From contig CACFIX010000003.1 in NCBI GenBank assembly GCA_902566515.1, forward strand, positions 3,889 to 67,888: DNA of 64,000 nt. Reading direction: 5' to 3'. The translations under genes were made by a program, and so were the position numbers. Shown here piece by piece: positions 54,895 through 64,000 of this stretch (its first letter is position 1; every line of letters begins with the position of its first letter). The DNA comes from an uncultured Candidatus Actinomarina sp. (lineage in GTDB: Bacteria; Actinomycetota; Acidimicrobiia; Actinomarinales; Actinomarinaceae). The notes below the pieces were generated by a model, which saw only the letters and a list, made by a program, of their open reading frames with translations, did no database searches and was not told the DNA's origin.

Positions 54895-57777
54895 ATGGCA
54901 GAAATACATAATCTTGAAAACAAGACAAGATTTGGCTCAAGGTACATAGCTGGATTTTTATTAATACTCAGTAGTTTTCTTTTTGCCGCCTGGGTTGGTT
55001 TTTTTGTCTTCCTCCCTATAAAATCTGCAATGTCAGTCGTAACTGATTTAGAAGAAAAATTTCTCCCAAGAGCTGAAGGAATGGTATTAAATTTTGTTTC
55101 ACTATCTGAACCTTCGATCATTTACACTTCTGATAATCAAATTCTTGATGAATTGCATGATGGATTAAACAGGGATCCAATTGCTTTGTCAGATGTTCCG
55201 CCTTTTGTAATAAACACACTTTTAGCTGCTGAAGATAGTAATTATTACCAGCACGAAGGAGTAGATTTTATCGCAATTCTCAGTGCTGTTTTAGATAATC
55301 TAAGGGGCGTAACGAGAGGTGGTTCAACTATAACTTCACAGGTTGCAAAACAATCTTTTGTTGGTGACGAAATTTCTATAAGAAGAAAAGTAGCTGAGGC
55401 TGTAGTAGCAGCAGAGCTTGAACGAAGATACACAAAAGATCAAATTCTTGAATATTATATTAATTCAATTTATTGGGGTTCAGGCGCTTATGGAATCCAA
55501 TCAGCAGCTTATGAATACTTTGATAAAACTGTACAGGGGTTAACACTTGATGAGGCAGCAACCTTAGTTGTAATTATTAGAAGCCCTGCTTATTACAACC
55601 CGAGAAAATATCCAGATAGAGTTCTTGAAAGAAGAAATGATGTCATAAATATAATGCTAAAAGAAGGGTTTATAGTAGATATCCAAGCAAGATCAGCAAA
55701 ACTTGCTCCTCTAAATGTTGTTGAATCCAAAAATTTTGTAGCACAGGCAGAACATGTTGTGGCAGAAGTAAAAAGACAATTATTAAATGATCCCCAATTT
55801 GCTGTATTAGGCAATACAAAAGAAGAGAGAAAGAAAGCAGTTTTTGGTTGTCCCTCTGATGATACGAATTGTTTTGGAGGTGGAGGTTTAAAAGTATATG
55901 TGACTCTTAATTTGTCGTTGCAACAACATGCAAATACTGTACTCAATACCTGGGTTCCGCCTGATCCCGACGAAGAAAACCCAGATGAACCAAAACCAAC
56001 AGGTGTAATTACATTAATTAACAATTACACAGGTGCAATTGAAGTAATGGCTTCAGGATTGCCTTTTGATGAAGAACAATACAATTTAGCAACACAAGGT
56101 AAAAGAAATCCTGGGTCCGCTTTTAAACCAATAACTCTTTTGGCAGCACTTGAATCAGGTGCAAAGTTGTACAGCTATAGAGATTCTAGAAGTCCAGTTG
56201 AAATTAATTGTGGTTATCCTTGTGCTCCTGATGGTGTAGGAGAAAAATGGGTTGTAAGAAATTATGGAACATCAATTACCGCAGATAGATACCTTAATAA
56301 AATTGATGCTCAAGATAGAGCTATTGAACTTCAATGCTTTGATTTTCATGTTGAAGAAATTAAAAATAAAGATTTTATAAAACAATTCCCTCTCGGTTTA
56401 AATCTTGATGAGTTAGAAACGGAGGAAGAAAAAATTATGGAAATTGCAAAAGCATTAGGCCAATATGATTCTGAAGGTAATTTAATAATTTATAGAGAAT
56501 TAGAAGAAGGAGAAGAAATTCCAGAAGATCAAGTCATAATTTTTGATCCCGAACTTATTGAAAATCAACTAAATCTAACTCAAATTGATTTAGAGTCAGA
56601 AATTCAATATATTTTTAAACCTTGCCAAGATAAAGCTGAATACAACAGATCTATAAAACTATTAGATACCTCAGGAATGATATCTTTGGAAGAAGCAACA
56701 AGAAGATCAATAAATACTGTATTTGCACAGCTTGCATCTGAGCTTGGTGGAGAAAAATTAGCTTCTACTGCAAAAAGAATAGGAATTAATTCATCATTAG
56801 ATCCTGTTATTTCTTTAACTTTAGGCGCTGGAGCTGCAACGCCAATTGAGATGGCTTCTGCATATTCATCATTCGCCACAAATGGTGTTTTAGCTCCTAC
56901 ATACTTAATTGAAAAAATTGAGGATGATAAAGGCAATGTTATTTATAGGCATATTGTATCTCCAAGGACTAGTATCCCTGACCCAGGTGCTGCAGCTGCA
57001 GTGCGAAAAACACTTGAGGTAGCAGCTCAGTATGGAACTGGTACAAGAGCTGTCCTTGATGATAGAGAGATTGCTGGAAAAACAGGAACTCATCAAGGCT
57101 TTAGAGAAGCATGGTTTATCGGATTTATACCCCAATACACTTCATCAGTTTGGGTTGGTTTTGCCGAAGAACAATTGCCTCTCACAGATGTAGAAATAAA
57201 AGGAGAAGTCATAAGAAATGTGTCTGGTGGAAGAGTACCTGCTCCTATGTGGAAAGAATTTATGACTGAGGTAGTTAAAGACTTGCCTGTTGTTAACTGG
57301 CCATTAGATCCAAGTGATATAGATAAATATTATGAAATACCTACAATAGAAATTCCACAACTAGTTGGTTTAAATATTCTAGATGCAGAAGAAATTGCCT
57401 TTTCATCTTATATTTTACCAACAATAAATTTAGTAGAATCTGATGAGGCTCCTGGTCTAGTATTAACTCAGGATATTGAAAATGGTGAAGAATTACCAGA
57501 AGGAACAGAGGTAATCCTAGAAGTTTCAGGTAATAAATTTTCAGCTGCAATTCCAAGTATTACACCATGCACTTTGACACCTGAAGAAGGTGAAAGTCTA
57601 ATCAGAGATTTCATGAGGGATAATAATGTTATTATTTTCCTCAAAGAAGAGTTCGAAGAAAATGAGCTAGATAATTGTAATGGAAAAATCATTGGAACAA
57701 ATGTTGCTCAAGGAGCAGTTATGACAACTGGTGATACTTTAGTTTTTGTTATAAGTAAATTTACTGAGGATTCTTAG
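54895..57777 (+). CDS. Class A penicillin-binding protein (GT51 transglycosylase + transpeptidase + C-terminal PASTA)
   Basis: 960 aa with an N-terminal TM anchor. GT51 motifs are EDSNYYQHEGVD and RGGSTITSQ. Transpeptidase motifs are SAFKP (SxxK), SIN (SxN) and KTGT. The PASTA-like segment is IPQLVGLNILDAEE...VILEVSG. Confidence 0.9.
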   Translation: MAEIHNLENKTRFGSRYIAGFLLILSSFLFAAWVGFFVFLPIKSAMSVVTDLEEKFLPRAEGMVLNFVSLSEPSIIYTSDNQILDELHDGLNRDPIALSDVPPFVINTLLAAEDSNYYQHEGVDFIAILSAVLDNLRGVTRGGSTITSQVAKQSFVGDEISIRRKVAEAVVAAELERRYTKDQILEYYINSIYWGSGAYGIQSAAYEYFDKTVQGLTLDEAATLVVIIRSPAYYNPRKYPDRVLERRNDVINIMLKEGFIVDIQARSAKLAPLNVVESKNFVAQAEHVVAEVKRQLLNDPQFAVLGNTKEERKKAVFGCPSDDTNCFGGGGLKVYVTLNLSLQQHANTVLNTWVPPDPDEENPDEPKPTGVITLINNYTGAIEVMASGLPFDEEQYNLATQGKRNPGSAFKPITLLAALESGAKLYSYRDSRSPVEINCGYPCAPDGVGEKWVVRNYGTSITADRYLNKIDAQDRAIELQCFDFHVEEIKNKDFIKQFPLGLNLDELETEEEKIMEIAKALGQYDSEGNLIIYRELEEGEEIPEDQVIIFDPELIENQLNLTQIDLESEIQYIFKPCQDKAEYNRSIKLLDTSGMISLEEATRRSINTVFAQLASELGGEKLASTAKRIGINSSLDPVISLTLGAGAATPIEMASAYSSFATNGVLAPTYLIEKIEDDKGNVIYRHIVSPRTSIPDPGAAAAVRKTLEVAAQYGTGTRAVLDDREIAGKTGTHQGFREAWFIGFIPQYTSSVWVGFAEEQLPLTDVEIKGEVIRNVSGGRVPAPMWKEFMTEVVKDLPVVNWPLDPSDIDKYYEIPTIEIPQLVGLNILDAEEIAFSSYILPTINLVESDEAPGLVLTQDIENGEELPEGTEVILEVSGNKFSAAIPSITPCTLTPEEGESLIRDFMRDNNVIIFLKEEFEENELDNCNGKIIGTNVAQGAVMTTGDTLVFVISKFTEDS

Positions 57778-59143
57778 ACAATAGCTTAAAGAAATTCACC
57801 AAACCAATAACACCAAAGCCAGTGCCACCCTCTGGGTTTAAAGCGGAACTACTTCTGGCTCTTGCTGGGCCTGCTATATCTAAGTGAACCCAAGGAATTT
57901 CATCAACAAACTCTTCAAGTATTAATGCAGCAGTAATTGCACCTCCAAATCTTCCTCCAGTGTTTTTCATATCAGCAATGCTAGATTTTATTAAAGATTT
58001 GTAACCTTGAAATAAAGGAAGTTCGTGATAAGACTCAACCTGATTTTTATTGGATTTTATGAATTCAGCTGCATACTTTTCTGAATTGGAAATAACTGCA
58101 CCTATATCAACACCCAAAGCAACATACGCAGCTCCAGTCAATGTTGCTACGTCACATATTAAATCTGGTTTTTTTTCAGCAGCAAAAGCTAGAGCGTCTG
58201 CCATAATTAATCTTCCCTCAGCATCAGTGTTTAAAACTTCTACAGTTTTTCCATTTCTCATTTTTAAAACATCACCAGGCCTAATTGCAGTACTGCTTGG
58301 CATGTTTTCTACCAAAGGCGTATAAACTTTTACACCAACATTTAACCCCAGTGAAGCAACAAGTTTTATAACAGCCCAAGCAGTTGCAGCACCTGCCATA
58401 TCTGTTTTCATGGTTTCCATTCCAGATGGAGATTTTAACGAAAGTCCACCTGAATCAAACAGTACGCCTTTACCAATTAGTGCTATTTGAAAATCAGCAC
58501 CAGTGTTATATTCACCAACAAGAAAGTAGGGGTCTTTTGAAGAACCTTGCGCGACACCAATTACACCACCAAAATTTTCTTTCAATAACCATTTCTTATC
58601 AAATATTGTTAATTTAATTTTTTCATTATCAATTAGTTGCTTAACTTCATTAATAAAATAATCTGGAGTTTTATCTAGTGCTGGTAAATTAACTAGGTCT
58701 CTAACAAAATAGATTGAATCTTTAATAAATTTTTGCTCATCGATGTTAATTGACTCATCAAATTGAATATTGATTTCTTTGGAGTCCGTTTCAACGTATT
58801 TTTCAAATTTGTAACCTGATAGGATTAATCCAAGTGTAAATTCCTTAAGATCTACTTCAGTTTCCAGATTCAAAAGATAACTTATATTGCAATCAAAAGG
58901 GATTTTATTTCTTACTTTTGAGCCAAGCTCACATAATTCATTCTTATTTAAAGAATCATCTATCGATACTATAATTGTATCTTTTTCATTTTTTAAATAT
59001 AGTTTCGGTACAAGCAACATCTCTTTTTTGCTTGCTTTAAATTTATTAATTTCAAAATAATCTTTGATTTGCTCTTCGTCTTTAAAATTATTTAATAGAC
59101 TATCATTCACAGAATCTACAAATAAAATAGACAGTTCTTTCAT
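57761..59143 (-). CDS. pepA: Leucyl aminopeptidase (M17)
   Basis: 460 aa. It has the signature NTDAEGRL and the metal ligand region GKGVLFDSGG. Confidence 0.9.
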   Translation of the reverse strand: MKELSILFVDSVNDSLLNNFKDEEQIKDYFEINKFKASKKEMLLVPKLYLKNEKDTIIVSIDDSLNKNELCELGSKVRNKIPFDCNISYLLNLETEVDLKEFTLGLILSGYKFEKYVETDSKEINIQFDESINIDEQKFIKDSIYFVRDLVNLPALDKTPDYFINEVKQLIDNEKIKLTIFDKKWLLKENFGGVIGVAQGSSKDPYFLVGEYNTGADFQIALIGKGVLFDSGGLSLKSPSGMETMKTDMAGAATAWAVIKLVASLGLNVGVKVYTPLVENMPSSTAIRPGDVLKMRNGKTVEVLNTDAEGRLIMADALAFAAEKKPDLICDVATLTGAAYVALGVDIGAVISNSEKYAAEFIKSNKNQVESYHELPLFQGYKSLIKSSIADMKNTGGRFGGAITAALILEEFVDEIPWVHLDIAGPARARSSSALNPEGGTGFGVIGLVNFFKLLSKNPQ

Positions 59144-59685
59144 TAGCTACTTGGTGTCCAATCTTCTTCAAATTCACGTGCCATCATCCAAAGAAAGTCT
59201 GACAACCTGTTCAAATAGGTTACAACTTTTGTGTCTTCAATTTGCAAAGTTTTATACCATGTAACACATTTTCTTTCGGCTCTTCTGGAAACCACTCTTG
59301 CCCAATCAAATTTTGCCGATATAACATTTTCACCGGGGACAACGAAATATGTAGGAATGCCATTTTTTTCAGTGAGAAAGTCAATATCTTTCTCGAGAGT
59401 TTTAATCATAGATTCAGTTACCCTTGTTTTACCATCTTCTAATTTATTTCTTTTTTCTTTGTCAGTCGCTAGCTCTGCACCAACAATAAATAGTTCTCTT
59501 TGAATTCGGAGAATAGTATCTTTTACTTCAATCGGCAATTTATCTTCACACCTTATTAAGCCAAGTGCAGCAACAAGTTCGTCTACTGATCCATATGCTT
59601 CTGGTGCTATGTTGTCTTTTGAGACTTGGTCACCATATAAAAGACTGGTATCACCTTTGTCGCCTTTCTTTGTATAAATTTTCAT
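59143..59685 (-). CDS. PduO-type ATP:cob(I)alamin adenosyltransferase
   Basis: 180 aa with the N-terminus MKIYTKKGDKGDTSL. Confidence 0.85.
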   Translation of the reverse strand: MKIYTKKGDKGDTSLLYGDQVSKDNIAPEAYGSVDELVAALGLIRCEDKLPIEVKDTILRIQRELFIVGAELATDKEKRNKLEDGKTRVTESMIKTLEKDIDFLTEKNGIPTYFVVPGENVISAKFDWARVVSRRAERKCVTWYKTLQIEDTKVVTYLNRLSDFLWMMAREFEEDWTPSS

Positions 59686-59700
59686 ACTCTTAGATTAGTG

Positions 59701-60363
59701 TTAAATGGAAAGTATTAATGTTCCTGATGCACCCATTGATACAATTAATGACAAATAACTCAGTCCTGTACTTGCCATTACACCCGTATACGACTTTTCT
59801 TGTAAAGATTTATATGAACCAAAAGATAATAGTGCTGCAGAGAGGTATAAAAATATAATGATATTATTAAGCATATTTGTAGAAATTAAATTAAATAAAC
59901 TTGATGAGCTCTCGTACAAACCGGAAAATACAAGTATTGAGATTCCAATCGATAAATAGGTTGAAAATAAAGCTGTATTTTTCATACCCTCTCTACTTAT
60001 TGTAGGATCTACCAAAAACCAATGTCCTATCATCATTAAAGAAAATACAGAAGATACCATCATTATTGGCAATGCAGACATAAATAAGGTTTGGCCTACT
60101 AAAGTGTATGCTCCAACTGCAAAACTAATAAAACTTAGAAATAAAAGGTAAAGCTTTTCTGATCTTTTAAATAAATTTAAATACATAGCAAGAAAAAATG
60201 CTCCAATATATGAAAACTGATTCATATATAGAAAAATATTCATTGCAATAACTGCAGAAAATAAAATACTAAAGCCCTTTTTCGGTTCAGTGCTTTTAAT
60301 GATATAGGCAAAAAACGGCACACATAGTGCTAGAAAGATATAAGTAAACTCACTCAATTGCAT
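59701..60363 (-). CDS. Polytopic membrane protein, unknown function
   Basis: 220 aa with about 6-7 hydrophobic helices. I recognise no motif. Confidence 0.5.
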   Translation of the reverse strand: MQLSEFTYIFLALCVPFFAYIIKSTEPKKGFSILFSAVIAMNIFLYMNQFSYIGAFFLAMYLNLFKRSEKLYLLFLSFISFAVGAYTLVGQTLFMSALPIMMVSSVFSLMMIGHWFLVDPTISREGMKNTALFSTYLSIGISILVFSGLYESSSSLFNLISTNMLNNIIIFLYLSAALLSFGSYKSLQEKSYTGVMASTGLSYLSLIVSMGASGTLILSI

Positions 60364-60738
60364 ATATTCTTTACAATAATATATATGTTTATATCAATAT
60401 TGAAAAAAAATTTCAAAAAAGCAATCTTGTTAACCATGGCTTTTATTGGATTAATTTATTTTCTTGAAGACAATACTTCAATTAACTTTTTTTCACCTGA
60501 ATTTTTACTAACTTTTCTAATGTATTTGATATTATTTGCAATATCACTTGATGCACTTGATAAAAATAAATTCTTGGGATTATTGATGTCTTTTTCTTTA
60601 TTATTTTTACCACCAGCAATTTTTCCAGGATTTGCAGGAAAATTATTTCCACTGACTTACGGAATTTTTATCATTTATCTTTTTTTTACTTATGGATTGA
60701 ATATGTTTAGAAATTGGAAAAATAATGCTGGATTGTGA
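60358..60738 (+). CDS. Small polytopic membrane protein, unknown function (start uncertain)
   Basis: 126 aa with 3-4 hydrophobic helices. The annotated start overlaps the divergent neighbour's start, so the internal ATGs (60385, 60436) are alternatives. Confidence 0.4.
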   Translation: MHIFFTIIYMFISILKKNFKKAILLTMAFIGLIYFLEDNTSINFFSPEFLLTFLMYLILFAISLDALDKNKFLGLLMSFSLLFLPPAIFPGFAGKLFPLTYGIFIIYLFFTYGLNMFRNWKNNAGL

Positions 60739-60768
60739 AATATATATCAATTTATCTAAAATGATTAC

Positions 60769-63738
60769 ATGAAACAGGGGTTTTTAAAAAATTCTGCTTA
60801 TATTTTTACGTTTTTAATAGCTTTCGCATTGGTATTTTCACCAAAAGAAGAAGCAAAAGCACTAGAGATTAAATATGACACAAATATGTTCTGCGTGGAT
60901 AATGCAGTGGCTCCGCTTAATAATCTCTTAGATATTCAAACATTTCTAAGTTGTAATGGGTTTAATCCAGGACCAATTGATGGCTTGAGTGGCACGAGAA
61001 CAAATAACGCAATAATAACTTTTCAGAAATCAGTTGGTTTGACTCCTGATGGCGTTGTTGGTCCAGCAACAAAACAAGCAATGAGAGGATACAGTACAGT
61101 GTCTTTTACTTTTACTGGTAGTGGTTGGGGTCATGGTGTTGGACTTAGCCAATATGGTGCCAAAGGTTTAACAGAACTTGGTGCAAGTTTTTGCAGTAAT
61201 ACTAGCTCATGTACATCTACTGAGGTTGTTGATTATTACTTCAAAGACACTACCGTGAAAAATCTTTCTGAAATTAGCTTATCATCTCCAGATATTGCAA
61301 CTGGTAATAATGCTTTGTGGGTTGGACTAGCAAGAAATGCTAGGAGTATAAATCTCACTACACTTCCTTCATCTAGTCCACCTATACTCTCTATTTGCCA
61401 AGATGGACTTTCTGATGTGGCAGGAGTCCAAGTATTCTTAACTTCTAGAGGCTTCGAACCCGGTCCTGTTGACGGTGCTTTTGGTGATAAAACATCAAAT
61501 GCTTTAAAAAATTACCAAGCATCCGTTGGCCTGAGTCAGTCAGGGAGTATTGATACTGAAACATTAAATAAAATCAAGTCCGAGGCAAGTTCTGATGGCT
61601 CATGTGAATCTATATTTGGACCGCTAAAAATAAGTGGTGGGGCAACAATTAATGTAATTTCAAATGGAAATGGATGCTACTTTAATGGCCATCCCCTTGT
61701 TAATAGAACAACAGCTAGTTGTAATATTGGTATCAGTTGGTCTGACGGTGGAAGAATTAGAGTTGGACCTCGTGAACACAAACATGGTGTACTTAAATTA
61801 CGTTCCCAAAATGTCTCTTCAGGATTTCATGTTGTTTTATCTGTAAATATAGAAAAGTATTTATATGGACTAGCAGAAATGCCATCTCACTGGAATGTGA
61901 AAGCATTAGAAGCTCAGGCACTTGTTGGTAGGAGTTATGCTGTCTATCAATATTTAAAACAAAATATACCAGCTCAATCTACAGATCTGAACGCGGGCTT
62001 ATCTACATCTAGGCAAGCATATTGTTGGTGTCATATTGGTTCAACCGCATCAAGTCAATATTATTATGGGTATTTAAAGGAAATAGCTGGTCCTAATTGG
62101 GTTCAAGCTGTAAATAATACATCAGGAAAAGTCATAACATACTCTGGTGGCTACACTCAAAGCTCTGTAATTCAAGCTTTCTACTCTTCATCTACTGGTG
62201 GGAAGACTAATAATAATGCAGTTGGATTTGGTTCTGCTACGGCATGGCCATATCTGCAAACAGTTGATGATCCTTGGTCAGTTGACAACAGAGTAGGAAA
62301 TCCAAAAGCTGCATGGTCTTATGACTTCTCAACTTATCAATTATCCAAAAACATACTGTGTGGAGACATTCCTTGTTTTGATTCAATCACAGATATATAT
62401 ATTTCATCTGTAGCGGAATCTGGTGCGGCTATTGAAGTAACAATGAAAGGATTTAGAAATGGTTCTTCAAAAACTGTTACAAAATCTGGAAGAAATATTA
62501 AATCTCAATTAGGATTTACTTCTCATTATTTTAAAACATCTAGTCAATCAGATGTGTCTAACCTTTCAATTGGACCAGTAACAGTTAACACTTCACCCAC
62601 TACTTCTAATAATGGTACAAGTGTTACAAGTACTACTGGTGATGTTGCTCAGTATGCAACTTCTACAGCAGGGTTAAATTATTTATCTGGAGCTGGATTG
62701 TTAAATAACTGCGCTGAAACTTCATCAGCTTGTCAGGCTAAAACTATGACAAGAGAAGAAGCAGCTGCTGTGGTCACAGTTATCGGAGGAATTTCACTAG
62801 ATGCACCAAATGCATACAGTGATGATGATCAAAGCATTTTTCAAAAAGCAATTAATGGCATACCTTATTATGGAATACAAGTGTGTATAGGCAGTCCATT
62901 CCAGTTTCAACCAACAGAGACCATATCTAGAGACCAGTTTGCATGTATGCTTGTCAAAGCAATTACAGCAGGATCTACAACAAATTTATCAGGAGCAATA
63001 GATAAATACTCTGATGAGGGTGCAAGTAAATGGACAAATGAAATTAATGTTTTGGCTGCAAATGATGTTATTCCAGCTTGTAGTTCTCTTCAAGATAAAT
63101 TTTGTCCAAGTAGAAAAATCTCTATTGGTGAAGTTGCATTCATAGTGAACCAAATGGTGAGTAAATCTTTAATATCAAGCGATACATTTAATTCAAATCC
63201 TTTTCAAGAAGGATGGTCTGCAAATGGTTCAGAAGTTGAAGATGCTAGTGCAACTGCAGTTTCCAATCCGAATGCAGGTAACGACGCATGCGTTCCAAAA
63301 GACAATTCAGGTTTGGTTATAAATTCAATATTAGACGTACAACAGTTTTTATCGAATAATGGTTTCAATCCTGGTCCAATTGATGGACAAAGTGGGCCAA
63401 AAACTAAAAATGCTGTTATCGCATTCCAAAAAGAGAGTGGCCTTCTAGCAGATGGTATTGTTGGTAACAAAACTAAAGAAGCTATGCGTGCTTATACAGG
63501 TTGTAGAAGTACTAATGTTTGTAATGCGAGAGACAATACCGGAGCCAAATTGGATTCAGTCGCAGATATCCAAACATATCTCTCAAACAACGGATTTAAT
63601 CCAGGAATAATTGACGGAGAAATGGGTTCTTATACAAAAGAGGCCATAAAAGCATTTCAAAGAAAAGTTGATTTAATACCTGATGGTGTGGCTGGAAATA
63701 GAACGAAATCCGCTATGCGCGCTTATACAGGTTGTTAA
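60769..63738 (+). CDS. Secreted SpoIID/LytB-domain protein with four PG_binding_1 domains and SLH-like repeats
   Basis: 989 aa with a signal/TM N-terminus. SpoIID motifs are GSGWGHGVGLSQYGAKG, IEKYLYGLAEMPSHWNVKALEAQALVGRSYA and YSSSTGGKT. There are four copies of the IQ.FL..NGFNPGPIDG..G..T..A...FQ...GL..DG.VG..T peptidoglycan-binding motif. The SLH-like segments are ..FQPTETISRDQFACMLVKA.. and ..FCPSRKISIGEVAFIVNQM.. Confidence 0.8.
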   Translation: MKQGFLKNSAYIFTFLIAFALVFSPKEEAKALEIKYDTNMFCVDNAVAPLNNLLDIQTFLSCNGFNPGPIDGLSGTRTNNAIITFQKSVGLTPDGVVGPATKQAMRGYSTVSFTFTGSGWGHGVGLSQYGAKGLTELGASFCSNTSSCTSTEVVDYYFKDTTVKNLSEISLSSPDIATGNNALWVGLARNARSINLTTLPSSSPPILSICQDGLSDVAGVQVFLTSRGFEPGPVDGAFGDKTSNALKNYQASVGLSQSGSIDTETLNKIKSEASSDGSCESIFGPLKISGGATINVISNGNGCYFNGHPLVNRTTASCNIGISWSDGGRIRVGPREHKHGVLKLRSQNVSSGFHVVLSVNIEKYLYGLAEMPSHWNVKALEAQALVGRSYAVYQYLKQNIPAQSTDLNAGLSTSRQAYCWCHIGSTASSQYYYGYLKEIAGPNWVQAVNNTSGKVITYSGGYTQSSVIQAFYSSSTGGKTNNNAVGFGSATAWPYLQTVDDPWSVDNRVGNPKAAWSYDFSTYQLSKNILCGDIPCFDSITDIYISSVAESGAAIEVTMKGFRNGSSKTVTKSGRNIKSQLGFTSHYFKTSSQSDVSNLSIGPVTVNTSPTTSNNGTSVTSTTGDVAQYATSTAGLNYLSGAGLLNNCAETSSACQAKTMTREEAAAVVTVIGGISLDAPNAYSDDDQSIFQKAINGIPYYGIQVCIGSPFQFQPTETISRDQFACMLVKAITAGSTTNLSGAIDKYSDEGASKWTNEINVLAANDVIPACSSLQDKFCPSRKISIGEVAFIVNQMVSKSLISSDTFNSNPFQEGWSANGSEVEDASATAVSNPNAGNDACVPKDNSGLVINSILDVQQFLSNNGFNPGPIDGQSGPKTKNAVIAFQKESGLLADGIVGNKTKEAMRAYTGCRSTNVCNARDNTGAKLDSVADIQTYLSNNGFNPGIIDGEMGSYTKEAIKAFQRKVDLIPDGVAGNRTKSAMRAYTGC

Positions 63739-63739
63739 T

Positions 63740-64000
63740 TTACAATAGATCTAAAATCTGCTGAGATATTTTTTTGGCTTCCATATTGAAATTGTCTTCT
63801 AACTGATCAATTGGTGCTGAAGCCCCAAAGGAATCTATGCTAAAACTTTTTGTTACTGGTCCTACATAGTCTTGCCAGCCTATCGATCTTCCTAACTCAA
63901 TAGTGAAAACTTTATTATTAATATCTAAAGAACTAATTAACTCTGGTTTCAATTTATTAAGTATTGGGGTACTAATTATCTGTATTGATTTTCCTTTTAA
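63740..64000 (-). CDS. tkt: Transketolase, C-terminal end (partial; continues beyond the right window edge)
   Basis: The frame is open to position 64000. The C-terminal pattern is ...IELGRSIGWQDYVGP....SIDSFGASAP...L...F. Confidence 0.8.
   Translation of the reverse strand, partial: LKGKSIQIISTPILNKLKPELISSLDINNKVFTIELGRSIGWQDYVGPVTKSFSIDSFGASAPIDQLEDNFNMEAKKISQQILDLL

Noticed and set aside
13395-59503. Antisense ORFs inside known genes: 13395-13745, 16652-17050, 18414-18950, 25387-25899, 37577-37840, 42494-42757, 49904-50233, 55593-56024, 56604-56936, 58050-58325 and 59231-59503
   Set aside because: Each is fully embedded opposite a well-supported conserved gene and has low-complexity composition. 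They are shadow ORFs.
1-64000. CRISPR arrays, IS elements or transposases, rRNA, and nucleotide-level tandem repeats
   Set aside because: I saw none on reading. The periodicity in 1-9335 is at the protein level only, with diverged DNA.

Overview
This is an AT-rich, very gene-dense bacterial chromosome segment with many 4-22 nt gene overlaps and almost no intergenic DNA. A WhiB regulator, a DUF3107-like protein, F420 genes (cofD/cofE), a PPOX-like enzyme, a mycoredoxin-like protein and a PASTA-bearing class A PBP suggest a streamlined low-GC actinobacterium; that assignment is inference only.

The main result concerns the leftmost ~10.4 kb. It looks empty in the ORF track but is the 5' part of a single giant minus-strand gene. 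The gene has at least 3454 codons and no stop before the window edge. It encodes a signal peptide, a ~300 aa non-repetitive N-terminal domain, and about 27 tandem Cys-bracketed modules of ~97-155 aa. I cannot assign these modules to a named family by eye.

The second main result is an AhpD/CMD-family gene at 28690-29250. Its only in-frame stop is a TGA sitting exactly at the second Cys of the catalytic E-x11-C-x-x-C-x3-H motif, and a small GGUC-loop hairpin follows it. It is therefore either a candidate selenoprotein or a nonsense pseudogene.

Other supported features:
- prfB with the canonical +1 frameshift site
- tmRNA and tRNA-Gln(UUG), both masked by spurious ORF N-terminal extensions in the track
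- a GT2 / GtrA / large GT-C-like membrane protein trio next to mannose-activation genes
- ftsE-ftsX followed by a coiled-coil M23 peptidase with intact catalytic motifs
- a class A PBP with a ~135 aa acidic insertion in the transpeptidase domain
- a 989 aa SpoIID protein with four PG-binding domains and SLH-like repeats
- three orphan secreted HExxH proteins

I saw no CRISPR array, transposase, integrase or rRNA.
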